NCBI GenBank assembly: GCA_949300365.1 | Contig: CASGEC010000001.1 | Span: 249,980 to 313,979, forward strand | Length of the DNA: 64,000 nt | From: an uncultured Bacillota bacterium | Lineage (GTDB): Bacteria > Bacillota_I > Bacilli_A > RFN20 > CAG-288 | Direction of reading: 5' to 3' | Program-made: the position numbers and the translations under genes | Notes under the pieces: model-generated | Seen by the model: the letters and a program-made list of their open reading frames with translations, nothing else | Told to the model about the DNA's origin: nothing | The model's database searches: none | Shown here: positions 18,233 through 26,511 of the stretch, piece after piece | Layout of the letters: each line of letters starts with the position of its first letter | Numbering within the stretch: the stretch's first letter is position 1

Positions 18233-18546
18233 GAACGAACTGCCTGTTTCATCCGTCACTTTCGTTTTAACTAGACACCCAACTATCCTTATGACTATAT
18301 CACTTGTTTAGTTTATAAATTGATAAACGCTTCATAACAAACATAGAGTTGTCAAAAGAAATCTCATTTCAATTTTAGGCTGAAAGCCAGTCATATTGTT
18401 GACATATATTCCTTCACCTAATGGAAGAAACTCTGAAGCCTTGTGAGAATGGCAAAGACAGGAAACGCGCTGCCTTTTTTGTATAGATTTTTCTTTTCGG
18501 GAACTGAAAAAGGCAACGCATCCAAAAGGACCCTCTGCCTTTTCTT

Positions 18547-18555
18547 TGGTAGAAT
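18547..18555 (+). promoter_or_regulatory. Extended -10 element (TGgTAGAAT) upstream of the CoA-disulfide reductase gene
   Basis: tggtagaat lies about 30 nt upstream of the ATG at 18586. No good -35 was seen. Confidence 0.35.
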
Positions 18556-18585
18556 AGAGGAAAAGAGTCGACGAAAGGAGAACGT

Positions 18586-20247
18586 ATGAAGTACATCATT
18601 GTAGGCGGTGTTGCCGGTGGTGCCTCCTTCGTCTGCCGTCTTAGAAGGCTTTCGGAAGAGGCAAAGATCGTTATCTATGAGAAGAGCCATTTCATTTCCT
18701 ATGCCAACTGTGGTCTTCCCTATTATGTTTCTTCCGTCATCTTTGATTCCCATAATCTCACCCTTCAGACACCGGAAAGCTTGAAGGCCCGCTTCAACAT
18801 CCTTGTCCATGTCGATAACGAAGTCCTTTCCATCGATAGGAAGAGACATACGGTAAAGGTCAAGGACCTTGAAACCGGGGAAATATTCGAAGATGGCTAT
18901 GACAAGCTGATCCTTTCTCCCGGTGCTGAGGCCATCCATCTGACTGAGGACACGGATCGTATCTTCCAGCTGAAGACCGTCGAGGATGCCGTCTCCATTC
19001 GCTCCTTCTTGGAGAAAAGCAAAGTCAAGGAAGCTATTGTCATCGGCGGTGGATTCATCGGCCTTGAGATTGCCGAGAACCTTGTCCATGCCGGGGTGCA
19101 TGTCACGCTGATCGAGGGGCGGTACCATGTCCTGAACACCCTGGATGAGGAGATGGCTAGCTTTGTCCATTCCGAACTGAGGAAGAACAATATTTCCTTG
19201 AAGCTGGAAACGCGTGTGGAGAAAATCGAGGAGAAAGGAAAGCAAGTCATCGTCAGGACGGACAAAGGGGAATGCGTTTCCGATATCCTCGTCCAGGCAG
19301 TCGGTGTCCTTCCTTCCTCGAAGCTTGCCAAAGACTGTGGCTTGGAATTGGATATCCGGGGGACGATCAGGACGGACAAGAACTTCCGGACATCCGATCC
19401 GGATATCTATGCGATCGGCGATGCGATTGCCTTGGATTCGGCCCTGGACAATTCCCGCACCCATATTGCCCTTGCCGGCCTTGCCAACAAGGAAGGAAGA
19501 GAGCTTGCCAATGCCCTTCTTCAAAAGAAAGAGGCCGATATCCGTCCCTATGGAACCTCCATCCTCAAGATATTCCATCTTTCCGTCGGCGCTGTCGGCT
19601 TCACGGAAGAGCCCCTTAGGAAAAAGGGAATCCCTTATGACAAGGTCTATCTCGCCCAGGGAAACCATGCGTCCCACTATCCTGGTGCGACGACTCTTCG
19701 CATCAAGCTGCTCTTTGGAAAAGAGGACTATCAAATCCTCGGCGCCCAGATTGTCGGACAGGAAGGCGTGGACAAGAGAATCGATGTCTTATCCACGGCC
19801 ATGGTCGGCAAGATCCCTGCCTGTGGACTCAAGAAGCTGGAGCTCTCCTATGCCCCGCCCTTCTCCTCGGCAAAGGATCCCGTCAATGTTTTGGGACTGA
19901 TGGTGGAGAACATCAAGGATGGCTTGGTAAGACAGTTCTTCCATGACGAGGTCGAAAGGATCGCTTCCGAAGAGGATGTTCTTCTTGTGGATGTCCGTAC
20001 CCCGATGGAGTATGAGATGGGGCATATCCCAAACAGCATCAACATTCCCGTCGACCAGCTGCGCCAAAGATATCCCGAACTCCCCAAGGAAAAGAAAATC
20101 GCCCTTATCTGCGAGAGCGCCTTAAGAAGCTATGTCGCCTATCGTTTCCTCTCCCAGCTAGGCTATTCCTGCAGGCACTTGGCAGGCGGGTATCGGCTCT
20201 ACAGGACGTGGCTGGACGACAGGAAAGAAAAAGAAGCGAAGGCGTAA
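18586..20247 (+). CDS. CoA-disulfide reductase / NADH oxidase-family flavoprotein with C-terminal rhodanese domain
   Basis: FAD motif IIVGGVAGGAS, redox Cys in SYANCGLPYY, second dinucleotide fold VIGGGFIGLE, and a rhodanese loop CESALRS near the C-terminus. Confidence 0.85.
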   Translation: MKYIIVGGVAGGASFVCRLRRLSEEAKIVIYEKSHFISYANCGLPYYVSSVIFDSHNLTLQTPESLKARFNILVHVDNEVLSIDRKRHTVKVKDLETGEIFEDGYDKLILSPGAEAIHLTEDTDRIFQLKTVEDAVSIRSFLEKSKVKEAIVIGGGFIGLEIAENLVHAGVHVTLIEGRYHVLNTLDEEMASFVHSELRKNNISLKLETRVEKIEEKGKQVIVRTDKGECVSDILVQAVGVLPSSKLAKDCGLELDIRGTIRTDKNFRTSDPDIYAIGDAIALDSALDNSRTHIALAGLANKEGRELANALLQKKEADIRPYGTSILKIFHLSVGAVGFTEEPLRKKGIPYDKVYLAQGNHASHYPGATTLRIKLLFGKEDYQILGAQIVGQEGVDKRIDVLSTAMVGKIPACGLKKLELSYAPPFSSAKDPVNVLGLMVENIKDGLVRQFFHDEVERIASEEDVLLVDVRTPMEYEMGHIPNSINIPVDQLRQRYPELPKEKKIALICESALRSYVAYRFLSQLGYSCRHLAGGYRLYRTWLDDRKEKEAKA

Positions 20248-20318
20248 GCGAAAGAGACGTATCTCTCCTCTGTGGATGCATTTAGAATAAACATGAACAT
20301 AGGCAAGGAGGACAAACC

Positions 20319-20846
20319 ATGAAAAAACTTCTCGTGGTCGTCGATTATCAGAGGGATTTCGTTTCCGGATCCCTGGGATTTAAAAGTGCGAAGGAAATCG
20401 AAGGACGGATCGTCGAGCTGATTCGCACCTACAAGGAGAAAGAAGACGATGTCGTCTTTACGATGGACACGCACCATGAGGCTTACCTTAAGACAGAGGA
20501 AGGGAAATACCTTCCCATTCCGCACTGTATTAAAGGAACGAATGGCCACAAGCTCTCCGGAAAGGTCGAAGAACTTTCAAAAGGCTGTCGCATCTTCAAG
20601 AAAGAGACATTCCCTTCCTATGACTTAGCGATGTTTCTGAAGGGATCCTCCTATTCGGAAGTCCTCCTTGTCGGTGTCGTGACGAATATCTGCGTCCTCT
20701 CAAATGCCATCATGGCAAAGGCTTCCCTTCCCGATGCGCACATCGTGCTTGATGCCTCGGCCTGTGCCTCTCCTGACGAAAAGGTGGAAGAGGAGTGCTA
20801 TGACGTCTGCCATTCCCTTCAGATCGAGGTGAGAAATCGGAAATAG
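20319..20846 (+). CDS. Isochorismatase-family cysteine hydrolase (nicotinamidase/pyrazinamidase-like)
   Basis: LLVVVDYQRDF start, and VGVVTNICV with the catalytic Cys. 175 aa. Confidence 0.75.
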   Translation: MKKLLVVVDYQRDFVSGSLGFKSAKEIEGRIVELIRTYKEKEDDVVFTMDTHHEAYLKTEEGKYLPIPHCIKGTNGHKLSGKVEELSKGCRIFKKETFPSYDLAMFLKGSSYSEVLLVGVVTNICVLSNAIMAKASLPDAHIVLDASACASPDEKVEEECYDVCHSLQIEVRNRK

Positions 20847-20870
20847 AAAAGGCCGGATTCTGCTCCGGCC
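20847..20870 (-). terminator. Terminator after hslO
   Basis: ggccgg-attctgct-ccggcc at 20851-20870. The T-run on the minus strand corresponds to plus-strand aaaa at 20847-20850. Confidence 0.6.
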
Positions 20871-20879
20871 CGAGGTGCT

Positions 20880-21767
20880 TTACTTGTTTTGCGTGCGGGC
20901 AAGGATATCTTCCATGTCCTTCTTGCCGTAGGTATAGACCTTTCCGCAGAATTCGCAATTGACGTGGACGTCCTCGCCTTTCTGGATCATCTCCTCTATT
21001 TCTTTCTTTCCCAAGGCGGCGATGGCACTCATTCCTTTTTCCCGGCTGCAATGGCAGGCAAATCGGACATCCTTGCTTCCCAGGACCTTCATGTCCATGC
21101 CGTCAAGGACGACCCTGAGGAGATCTTCCGGATCCTGTCTCTCACGGAGGATTTCCGTGACGGAGGTGACCTTCTTGAGGTTCTCCTCAAGCTTGGCAAT
21201 CGTCTTCTCGTGGGCGGCAGGCATCAATTGGACGATGAATCCGCCGGCACAGTTGACGGTGACATCCTTGTTCATGAGGACGCCAAGGCCGATTGCGGTC
21301 GGCGTCTGCTCGGATTGGGCATAGTAATACGTCAGATCCTCGGCGATTTCGCCCGTGACAAGCGGGACCTGGGAGACATAGGGTTCCTTAAGGCCGTAGT
21401 CCTTGATGACCGTCAAGGTTCCCTTTCCGATACCGCCACCGACGTTGAGATGGCCTTGCTTATTGGGCGGAAGGACGACGCTGGGATCGGCAACATAACC
21501 TTTGACCTCGCCGTTCATGTTGGCCGTGGCAAGAATCTGCTTCAGAGGACCATCGCCCTGGATATGGATGGTGATGAGGTCCTTCTCGTTCTTGAGCATG
21601 TCTCCCATCATCAAGGCAGCGGAAAGCGTCCTTCCCAAGGCTGCCGTGGCAATAGGGGAGTTAGCGTGTATCCTTCGGGCTTCCTCCACGAGATTTCCGG
21701 AAGTGACGGCAAAGGCGCGGACTTCCTCGTTTCCCGTTATGGCCCGGATCATATGGTCGTTGTTCAT
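20880..21767 (-). CDS. hslO: Redox-regulated chaperone Hsp33
   Basis: Full-length Hsp33 similarity and a C-terminal zinc centre CHCS...CEFCGKVY. Confidence 0.93.
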   Translation of the reverse strand: MNNDHMIRAITGNEEVRAFAVTSGNLVEEARRIHANSPIATAALGRTLSAALMMGDMLKNEKDLITIHIQGDGPLKQILATANMNGEVKGYVADPSVVLPPNKQGHLNVGGGIGKGTLTVIKDYGLKEPYVSQVPLVTGEIAEDLTYYYAQSEQTPTAIGLGVLMNKDVTVNCAGGFIVQLMPAAHEKTIAKLEENLKKVTSVTEILRERQDPEDLLRVVLDGMDMKVLGSKDVRFACHCSREKGMSAIAALGKKEIEEMIQKGEDVHVNCEFCGKVYTYGKKDMEDILARTQNK

Positions 21768-21862
21768 TTTCGTTGAGCCTCCGATGAAATTATAAGCCTG
21801 TCCAAAGGAAAGAGAAGGAAAAAGGCAACGGAAGGTCTATAATTGGGACAGAGGTATTCCCT

Positions 21863-22735
21863 ATGAGAATCGAAAACGAATTTATCGCCTTGGAAGTCCA
21901 GGAAAGGGGTGGCTCGATGACCTCCCTCTTCGACAAGAGAAGGAATGTCGAGCTTCTCTATAAGCCAAAGCCCGATTCCTGGCAGGGACAGGATGTCTTT
22001 ATCTTCCCTTTCATCGCAAGACTTGTCGACCAGACCTATACCTATCACGGAAAGACATACTCCCTAAAGAACCACGGCCTTCTTCGTTATATGGATTGCC
22101 AGATGGAGAAGCTTTCGGATTCTTCCCTGGTTGTCTCCTTCCATTCGACTGAGGAGACGAAGGAACGCTATCCTTTCGATTTCGAGGCCTCCTTGACCTA
22201 TCGCCTTGTCGGAAACGAGGTTTTCCTTTCCTATCGCATCGTCAATCTCTCGAAGGAACCGATGCCCTTCATGCTCGGATCCCATCCTGCCTTCGCCCTT
22301 CCCGGAGAGAGGAAGGAAGATGAATTCGATATTTCCGGAAACCGCATTGTTATTAAAGATACTTCCTCTGTCGACGTCCTTCTTCAGGAAGAAACATTTT
22401 CCTTCATGACAGGAAAGAAGGAAAAGATGGATGCCATGATTCCGCTTTCCAAGGACCTCTTCCGAAGGATCAACACCGTCATCATCGAGGCGGAAGGCTT
22501 CCAGGATGTCCTTTTGGAGAAGAAGGATGGCTCGAAGATCCTCGTCCACAAGGAAGATGCGCCTTATCTTGCCTTGTGGTCGGACATGAAGTTTGGCGAC
22601 TATGTCTGCATCGAACCCTGGCATGGAATCCCGGATACCCTTGGTGCATCCAAGGAACTTACGGAGAAGCCGGGTATCCTTACCTTGAGCGTCGGCTGCG
22701 AGTTTGATTCCGGATACCGGATCGAGATTCTCTAG
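21863..22735 (+). CDS. Aldose 1-epimerase (galactose mutarotase-like) family protein
   Basis: 290 aa with LKNHGLLRY, GSHPAF and IEPWHGIP motifs typical of the family. Confidence 0.75.
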   Translation: MRIENEFIALEVQERGGSMTSLFDKRRNVELLYKPKPDSWQGQDVFIFPFIARLVDQTYTYHGKTYSLKNHGLLRYMDCQMEKLSDSSLVVSFHSTEETKERYPFDFEASLTYRLVGNEVFLSYRIVNLSKEPMPFMLGSHPAFALPGERKEDEFDISGNRIVIKDTSSVDVLLQEETFSFMTGKKEKMDAMIPLSKDLFRRINTVIIEAEGFQDVLLEKKDGSKILVHKEDAPYLALWSDMKFGDYVCIEPWHGIPDTLGASKELTEKPGILTLSVGCEFDSGYRIEIL

Positions 22736-22741
22736 GTAACG

Positions 22742-22762
22742 AAAAAAACCGGCTTATGCCGG
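22742..22762 (-). terminator. Terminator of the minus-strand tRNA operon
   Basis: Minus strand ccggc-ataa-gccgg followed by ttttttt, 15 nt after the tRNA-Leu 3' end. Confidence 0.7.
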
Positions 22763-22776
22763 CAGGTTGCATATCA

Positions 22777-22857
22777 TGACGCTGGAGAGACTTGAACTCT
22801 CACGGGCGAGCCACAGGATTCTAAGTCCTGCGTGTCTACCAATTCCACCACAGCGTC
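22777..22857 (-). tRNA. tRNA-Leu (anticodon UAG), CCA not encoded
   Basis: Acceptor GACGCTG/CAGCGTC, anticodon loop CTTAGAA, long variable arm, T-arm GAGAG-TTCAAGT-CTCTC. The discriminator A is followed by tga. Confidence 0.88.
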
Positions 22858-23158
22858 AGGAAGGATGGTCTTGGGATTCCTTCTCCTTTTCCGACTGCCC
22901 TTCCACTTCGATATAGTTGGAGGCGACGGCCGTCAGGGCAACGGTGGCAAGGACGGCAATGATCAATAGGCTTCCGATAGCAAGGCAGACGATGGCAAAG
23001 TCCGGAATGATGGCATCCGGCTTGACGAAGACGATGCCGGTGAGGAAGAGGGCAATCCCGCACAAAAACACAAGAGTCAAGGTGACGCAGTAGACAATGC
23101 TGGCTCTTTTGGAAAGGGAAGCGATCTTCAGCAAGAGTTTCTTTAACAGGAATCCCAT
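22856..23158 (-). CDS. Small membrane protein (100 aa, 2 TM, acidic tail) lying between tRNA genes
   Basis: The ORF spans the whole inter-tRNA spacer. Its ATG is 9 nt after the tRNA-Arg CCA and its TGA overlaps the tRNA-Leu 5' end. Third codon positions are C-rich, as in neighbouring genes. No SD is present. Confidence 0.5.
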   Translation of the reverse strand: MGFLLKKLLLKIASLSKRASIVYCVTLTLVFLCGIALFLTGIVFVKPDAIIPDFAIVCLAIGSLLIIAVLATVALTAVASNYIEVEGQSEKEKESQDHPS

Positions 23159-23167
23159 AAGACGACT

Positions 23168-23246
23168 TGGTGCGCCCGAAGGGATTCGAACCCTTGGCCC
23201 CAGGCTTCGGAGGCCTGTGCTCTAATCCGGGCTGAGCTACGGGCGC
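23168..23246 (-). tRNA. tRNA-Arg (anticodon CCG), CCA encoded
   Basis: Acceptor GCGCCCG/CGGGCGC, anticodon loop CTCCGAA, T-arm AAGGG-TTCGAAT-CCCTT. Confidence 0.92.
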
Positions 23247-23249
23247 AAA

Positions 23250-23327
23250 TGGCGCTCCCAGCAAGATTTGAACTTGCGGCCTACCGCTTAGGAGGCGGTC
23301 GCTCTATCCGGACTGAGCTATGGGAGC
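23250..23327 (-). tRNA. tRNA-Arg (anticodon CCU), CCA encoded
   Basis: Acceptor GCTCCCA/TGGGAGC, anticodon loop CTCCTAA, T-arm GCAAG-TTCAAAT-CTTGC. Confidence 0.92.
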
Positions 23328-23336
23328 AGCTAGAGA

Positions 23337-23345
23337 ATTATATCA
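23337..23345 (-). promoter_or_regulatory. Extended -10 (TGaTATAAT) upstream of the tRNA operon
   Basis: Minus strand tgatataat ends 9 nt before the tRNA-Arg(CCU) 5' end. The -35 is weak. Confidence 0.5.
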
Positions 23346-23504
23346 TAGTCGGCGCCAAAGTTTCGGAAAAAGTTTGGAAACATGGGATTCTCCAACAATA
23401 AGAGATAGAAAAAGCAGGATTTTCATTTGCCTTTCAAAAGCTCCTGGAAAACAGGTTGACAATATCGCCTCTTAGAGAAAAAGAAGGGTGAGGAGGAGAA
23501 GAAA

Positions 23505-25334
23505 GTGAAAATCAAACGCATATTGAACGTTGTCGGTATCGGAATCCTGTCCTTGGTCCCTGGACCCCATATGGATGCGGAGACGAAGGCCCAAAACAGG
23601 ATCCTTTCCGCAGGATCGACCGTCTGCATCACGGGCAACCTCGCTTCTTCCGGAAGCACTGTCCGCAACAACCTTCCCCCGGGATTCTATGGCAACCACC
23701 CGGACCAAGGCGTCCTTGAAATCGGCGGCACGGCCGGAAATCCCCTGGGCGAGAAAATCCCCGAAATGACCTTGACCGGTGGCACCAGACAGATGCTGAC
23801 AATCCGTTTCGAGGAAGGCATAACCGCCCTTAAGGACGCCGGATTCCTAGGAAGGGTCGGCTATAGCATTGCCATTCGGACAGACGAAGGCGTGAAGACA
23901 GAGGAAGTCTTCAGTTCCGATCTCAGGCTTGACGATTTCTTCCAGAAGCAGGCCAACGGAGACTATAAGTGCCCAAGAAGAGGAACGGAATTCAATTCCT
24001 ACATGATGTTTGATGCCGACGAGAACGCCTTTTCCCTCACCTTTGACTATCAAAAGGAATATAAGCTCGTTTCGATCCGCTTCTATTATTCCGATGTCCC
24101 GGCAAAGCTGGACAACGTTTCCCTCTATGCCAATGTCTATCCCCAGAGCGAAATCTTCTCCGCCGTCTACAATGGTGACAGCTGTACGGGAAGCTACACG
24201 CGCAATGTCGGAAGAAACCCAGTCTATGAACTCAACAGCCAGTTCGGGACCATCTTTTCGAAGGACTTCCTCGTCCGATCCTTCATCGCCAGGGACGAGA
24301 ATCTCAAGGAAGCCATCCATCCGGAAATCGAGGATCCCGACAACTATTTCGAATATGGAGACAAGGCCGACGTAGGAGAAAGCTTTGTCGTCTACCTTCG
24401 GGCCAGCGACCCGAGCGGCAATGTCTCCAAAGTCACGCTCCATATGACCGTCGTCGATTCCAGAGGCCCCAACATCGTCCTTAAAAGCCCCGATGCCATC
24501 GAGGCTTCCTATGCGAGCGACTTTGCCTCCAGCGATTTCATCGACAGCCATTTCATCGTTCGGGACAATTATGATGCAAATCCTGTCTGTCAAGTCCTTT
24601 TGGAAGATGGAAGCCCCATACCAGAAAAGGAAATTGGAAGCTTCCCGGCACGGCTTGTCGCCTCGGATTCTTTCGGCAACGAGACGTCGAAAGCATTCGA
24701 ACTGAATCTGATTGATGACGTACCGCCCGTGATCGATGTCCAGGGCGAAGAGCTGGTCCTCAGGCAGGATCTGACCTATTCCCGGGAGAAGCTTCTTAGT
24801 CTCTTCACGGCCTATGACGAGATCGATGGCGATTTGGATGTCATCGTGACGGAAGACACCTATCTCGGCCATGAGAAGGAAATCGGCGAGTATGTCTTTG
24901 CCGTCAAGGCGACCGACAGCTCCGGAAACGTCGCGGAAAAGAAGCTCACCATCCGGGTTGAGGATTCCGAAGGGCCGACCTTCTATGTCCGTGAGTCCTT
25001 CCTGACCGTCATCGCAGGCGAAGTCCCTTCCTTGGAGGATGTCGTCAAAGCCTTGATAAGACAGAACGTCCTTCCCAACAAGGTCTATACCTCGATGAAG
25101 ATCATCGAAGGGGAGGAACTGGATGATTCCCTTCCTGTCGGAAAGCATTCGATGACATTGGAGGTCGAGGACGAAGACGGACAAAAGGAATATGTCGCCT
25201 TGACCGTCGAGGTCGTCCAGAAGGAAACAATCGAGGATCCCCTCACCCATACGCTGACTTTCTGGGAAAAATTCTGTCAATTCTGGATTGATCTTTGGAA
25301 GAAAATCGTTGCCTTCTTTACCGGCGGCAATTGA
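23505..25334 (+). CDS. Cell-surface protein with repeated Ig-like (DUF5011/HYR-type) modules
   Basis: GTG start after a GAGGAGGAG SD, and a signal peptide. Recurrent module starts SRGPNIVL, DDVPPVIDV and SEGPTFYV. C-terminal hydrophobic end FCQFWIDLWKKIVAFF. Confidence 0.7.
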   Translation: MKIKRILNVVGIGILSLVPGPHMDAETKAQNRILSAGSTVCITGNLASSGSTVRNNLPPGFYGNHPDQGVLEIGGTAGNPLGEKIPEMTLTGGTRQMLTIRFEEGITALKDAGFLGRVGYSIAIRTDEGVKTEEVFSSDLRLDDFFQKQANGDYKCPRRGTEFNSYMMFDADENAFSLTFDYQKEYKLVSIRFYYSDVPAKLDNVSLYANVYPQSEIFSAVYNGDSCTGSYTRNVGRNPVYELNSQFGTIFSKDFLVRSFIARDENLKEAIHPEIEDPDNYFEYGDKADVGESFVVYLRASDPSGNVSKVTLHMTVVDSRGPNIVLKSPDAIEASYASDFASSDFIDSHFIVRDNYDANPVCQVLLEDGSPIPEKEIGSFPARLVASDSFGNETSKAFELNLIDDVPPVIDVQGEELVLRQDLTYSREKLLSLFTAYDEIDGDLDVIVTEDTYLGHEKEIGEYVFAVKATDSSGNVAEKKLTIRVEDSEGPTFYVRESFLTVIAGEVPSLEDVVKALIRQNVLPNKVYTSMKIIEGEELDDSLPVGKHSMTLEVEDEDGQKEYVALTVEVVQKETIEDPLTHTLTFWEKFCQFWIDLWKKIVAFFTGGN

Positions 25335-25359
25335 ATCTAGGTCGCTCTTGCGCTATACT
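25331..25359 (+). promoter_or_regulatory. tRNA-Leu(CAG) promoter TTGAAT-17-TATACT
   Basis: ttgaat at 25331-25336 (overlapping the upstream stop codon) and tatact at 25354-25359, 10 nt before the tRNA. Confidence 0.65.
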
Positions 25360-25369
25360 ACCTTTCTGC

Positions 25370-25452
25370 GGGGCCGTGGCGGAAATGGTAGACGCGCTAG
25401 ATTCAGGTTCTAGTGAGCGATCGTGGGGGTTCGAGTCCCCCCGGCCCCACCA
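25370..25452 (+). tRNA. tRNA-Leu (anticodon CAG), CCA encoded
   Basis: Acceptor GGGGCCG/CGGCCCC, anticodon loop TTCAGGT, long variable arm, T-arm GGGGG-TTCGAGT-CCCCC, then A-CCA. Confidence 0.92.
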
Positions 25453-25464
25453 TCCAGTTAACAC

Positions 25465-25500
25465 AGGATTGATGCGTTGCGTGTCAATCCTTTTTCTTTT
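25465..25500 (+). terminator. Terminator after tRNA-Leu(CAG)
   Basis: aggattga-tgcgttgcgtg-tcaatcct followed by ttttctttt. Confidence 0.75.
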
Positions 25501-25585
25501 CTATCTTGCAAAGCAAAACGAAGAGGTTAGGTTCGCTTATCTGTTGTTAATGGGACGGGACATTTTTAGATTTGTTGGCCTATAA

Positions 25586-25838
25586 ACAGCCGCCCATTTA
25601 GGCTTTATCCAAAAAAGCGGAATTCCCAAAACCACATTAAATGATATTGCTTCTGGAAAAGCAGACATTTTGGAATGCTCTGGCAGAACCTTGTTGGCAA
25701 TATCGGAAATCTATCCGCGAAGATAGCAATTCGATGGATTGCTATTGCGTCGAATTAAATAGTTCTATTAATGTCGCCGAAGTAGAGCGTCTTGTTTCCA
25801 AAGAACAGGCCGACCGTTTAAGGGCAAGATATTTCTAG
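25586..25838 (+). pseudogene. Degraded XRE-type HTH gene (no start codon, one frameshift)
   Basis: Frame A (25586-25726) reads TAAHLGFIQKSGIPKTTLNDIASGKADILECSGRTLLAISEIYPRR*. Frame B continues KSIREDSNSMDCYCVELNSSINVAEVERLVSKEQADRLRARYF*. The pattern is HTH-like (SGIPKTTLNDIASGK..L....LLAI). Confidence 0.3.
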
Positions 25839-26120
25839 GAGTAAATCGAATGATTGATTTCGCAAACCTTTCGGCAGCATAAAATGGATACGAACCCATA
25901 GCAAAGCCTACTAGGGAGAGAATACTCATCGGTATAACACCTTAAGCCATCCTGAAGCGATATTCTTTAGCCACTTTATGAGCCACATTTAGTGAGTGGC
26001 TTTGTTTATCCCTCTCTTTTCAAATCATCATAACTTGTTATAAATTTTAAGGATGTATTAGCAGCAAAAGGCCCAGGTATTGCAGTTGTCGGGCTAAATT
26101 GATCTGTCTTGGTTTTTGCG

Positions 26121-26171
26121 GCGGCTGATATTCGCGGTTTGATTCTCACCAATTCTAGCGGCTTGATTTTC
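26121..26171. repeat. Three imperfect direct repeats GCGG(C/T)(-/T)TGAT(A/T)(T/C)TC
   Basis: gcggctgatattc at 26121-26133, gcggtttgattctc at 26134-26147 and gcggcttgattttc at 26158-26171, inside an ORF-free AT-rich stretch. Confidence 0.5.
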
Positions 26172-26511
26172 ACAAGAACAGATGATTTCCATTAACCAAT
26201 CATCAAAGATGAGCCTAGGGTAGATGGGCTGTTTTCAAAGGTGAACTCGAACCTTCCAAAAGGAAGAGGGGAAGGCCGAGAAAGAACCTGCAATAATGGG
26301 AATTTTCAAAGCCAGATGGTCCTTGGAATCTATTTATTTCGTTCTGGAAATGGAATGAGAACATCTCATTGAGCTAAGGAGATTGGGGATCAATATCAAG
26401 ACCTGTTTCAATGGCTTAAGCACAGAAAAATATGAAAGAATATTGATTTGAAATTGGATAGACGATTTCCAAAAATAAGGAAAGGGTTGTTCAGAATAGA
26501 TGAGCGTCTTT

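Noticed and set aside
21768-21862. Possible CIRCE or heat-shock operator upstream of hslO.
   Set aside because: Only TATAAT-like -10 boxes for the two divergent genes are visible. No TTAGCACTC-type inverted repeat is present.
22836-23264. 142-aa ORF overlapping tRNA-Leu, the small membrane ORF and tRNA-Arg.
   Set aside because: It runs through two tRNA genes. Its composition is Pro/Arg/Cys/His-rich and unlike a real protein. The 100-aa frame at 22856-23158 is the plausible one.
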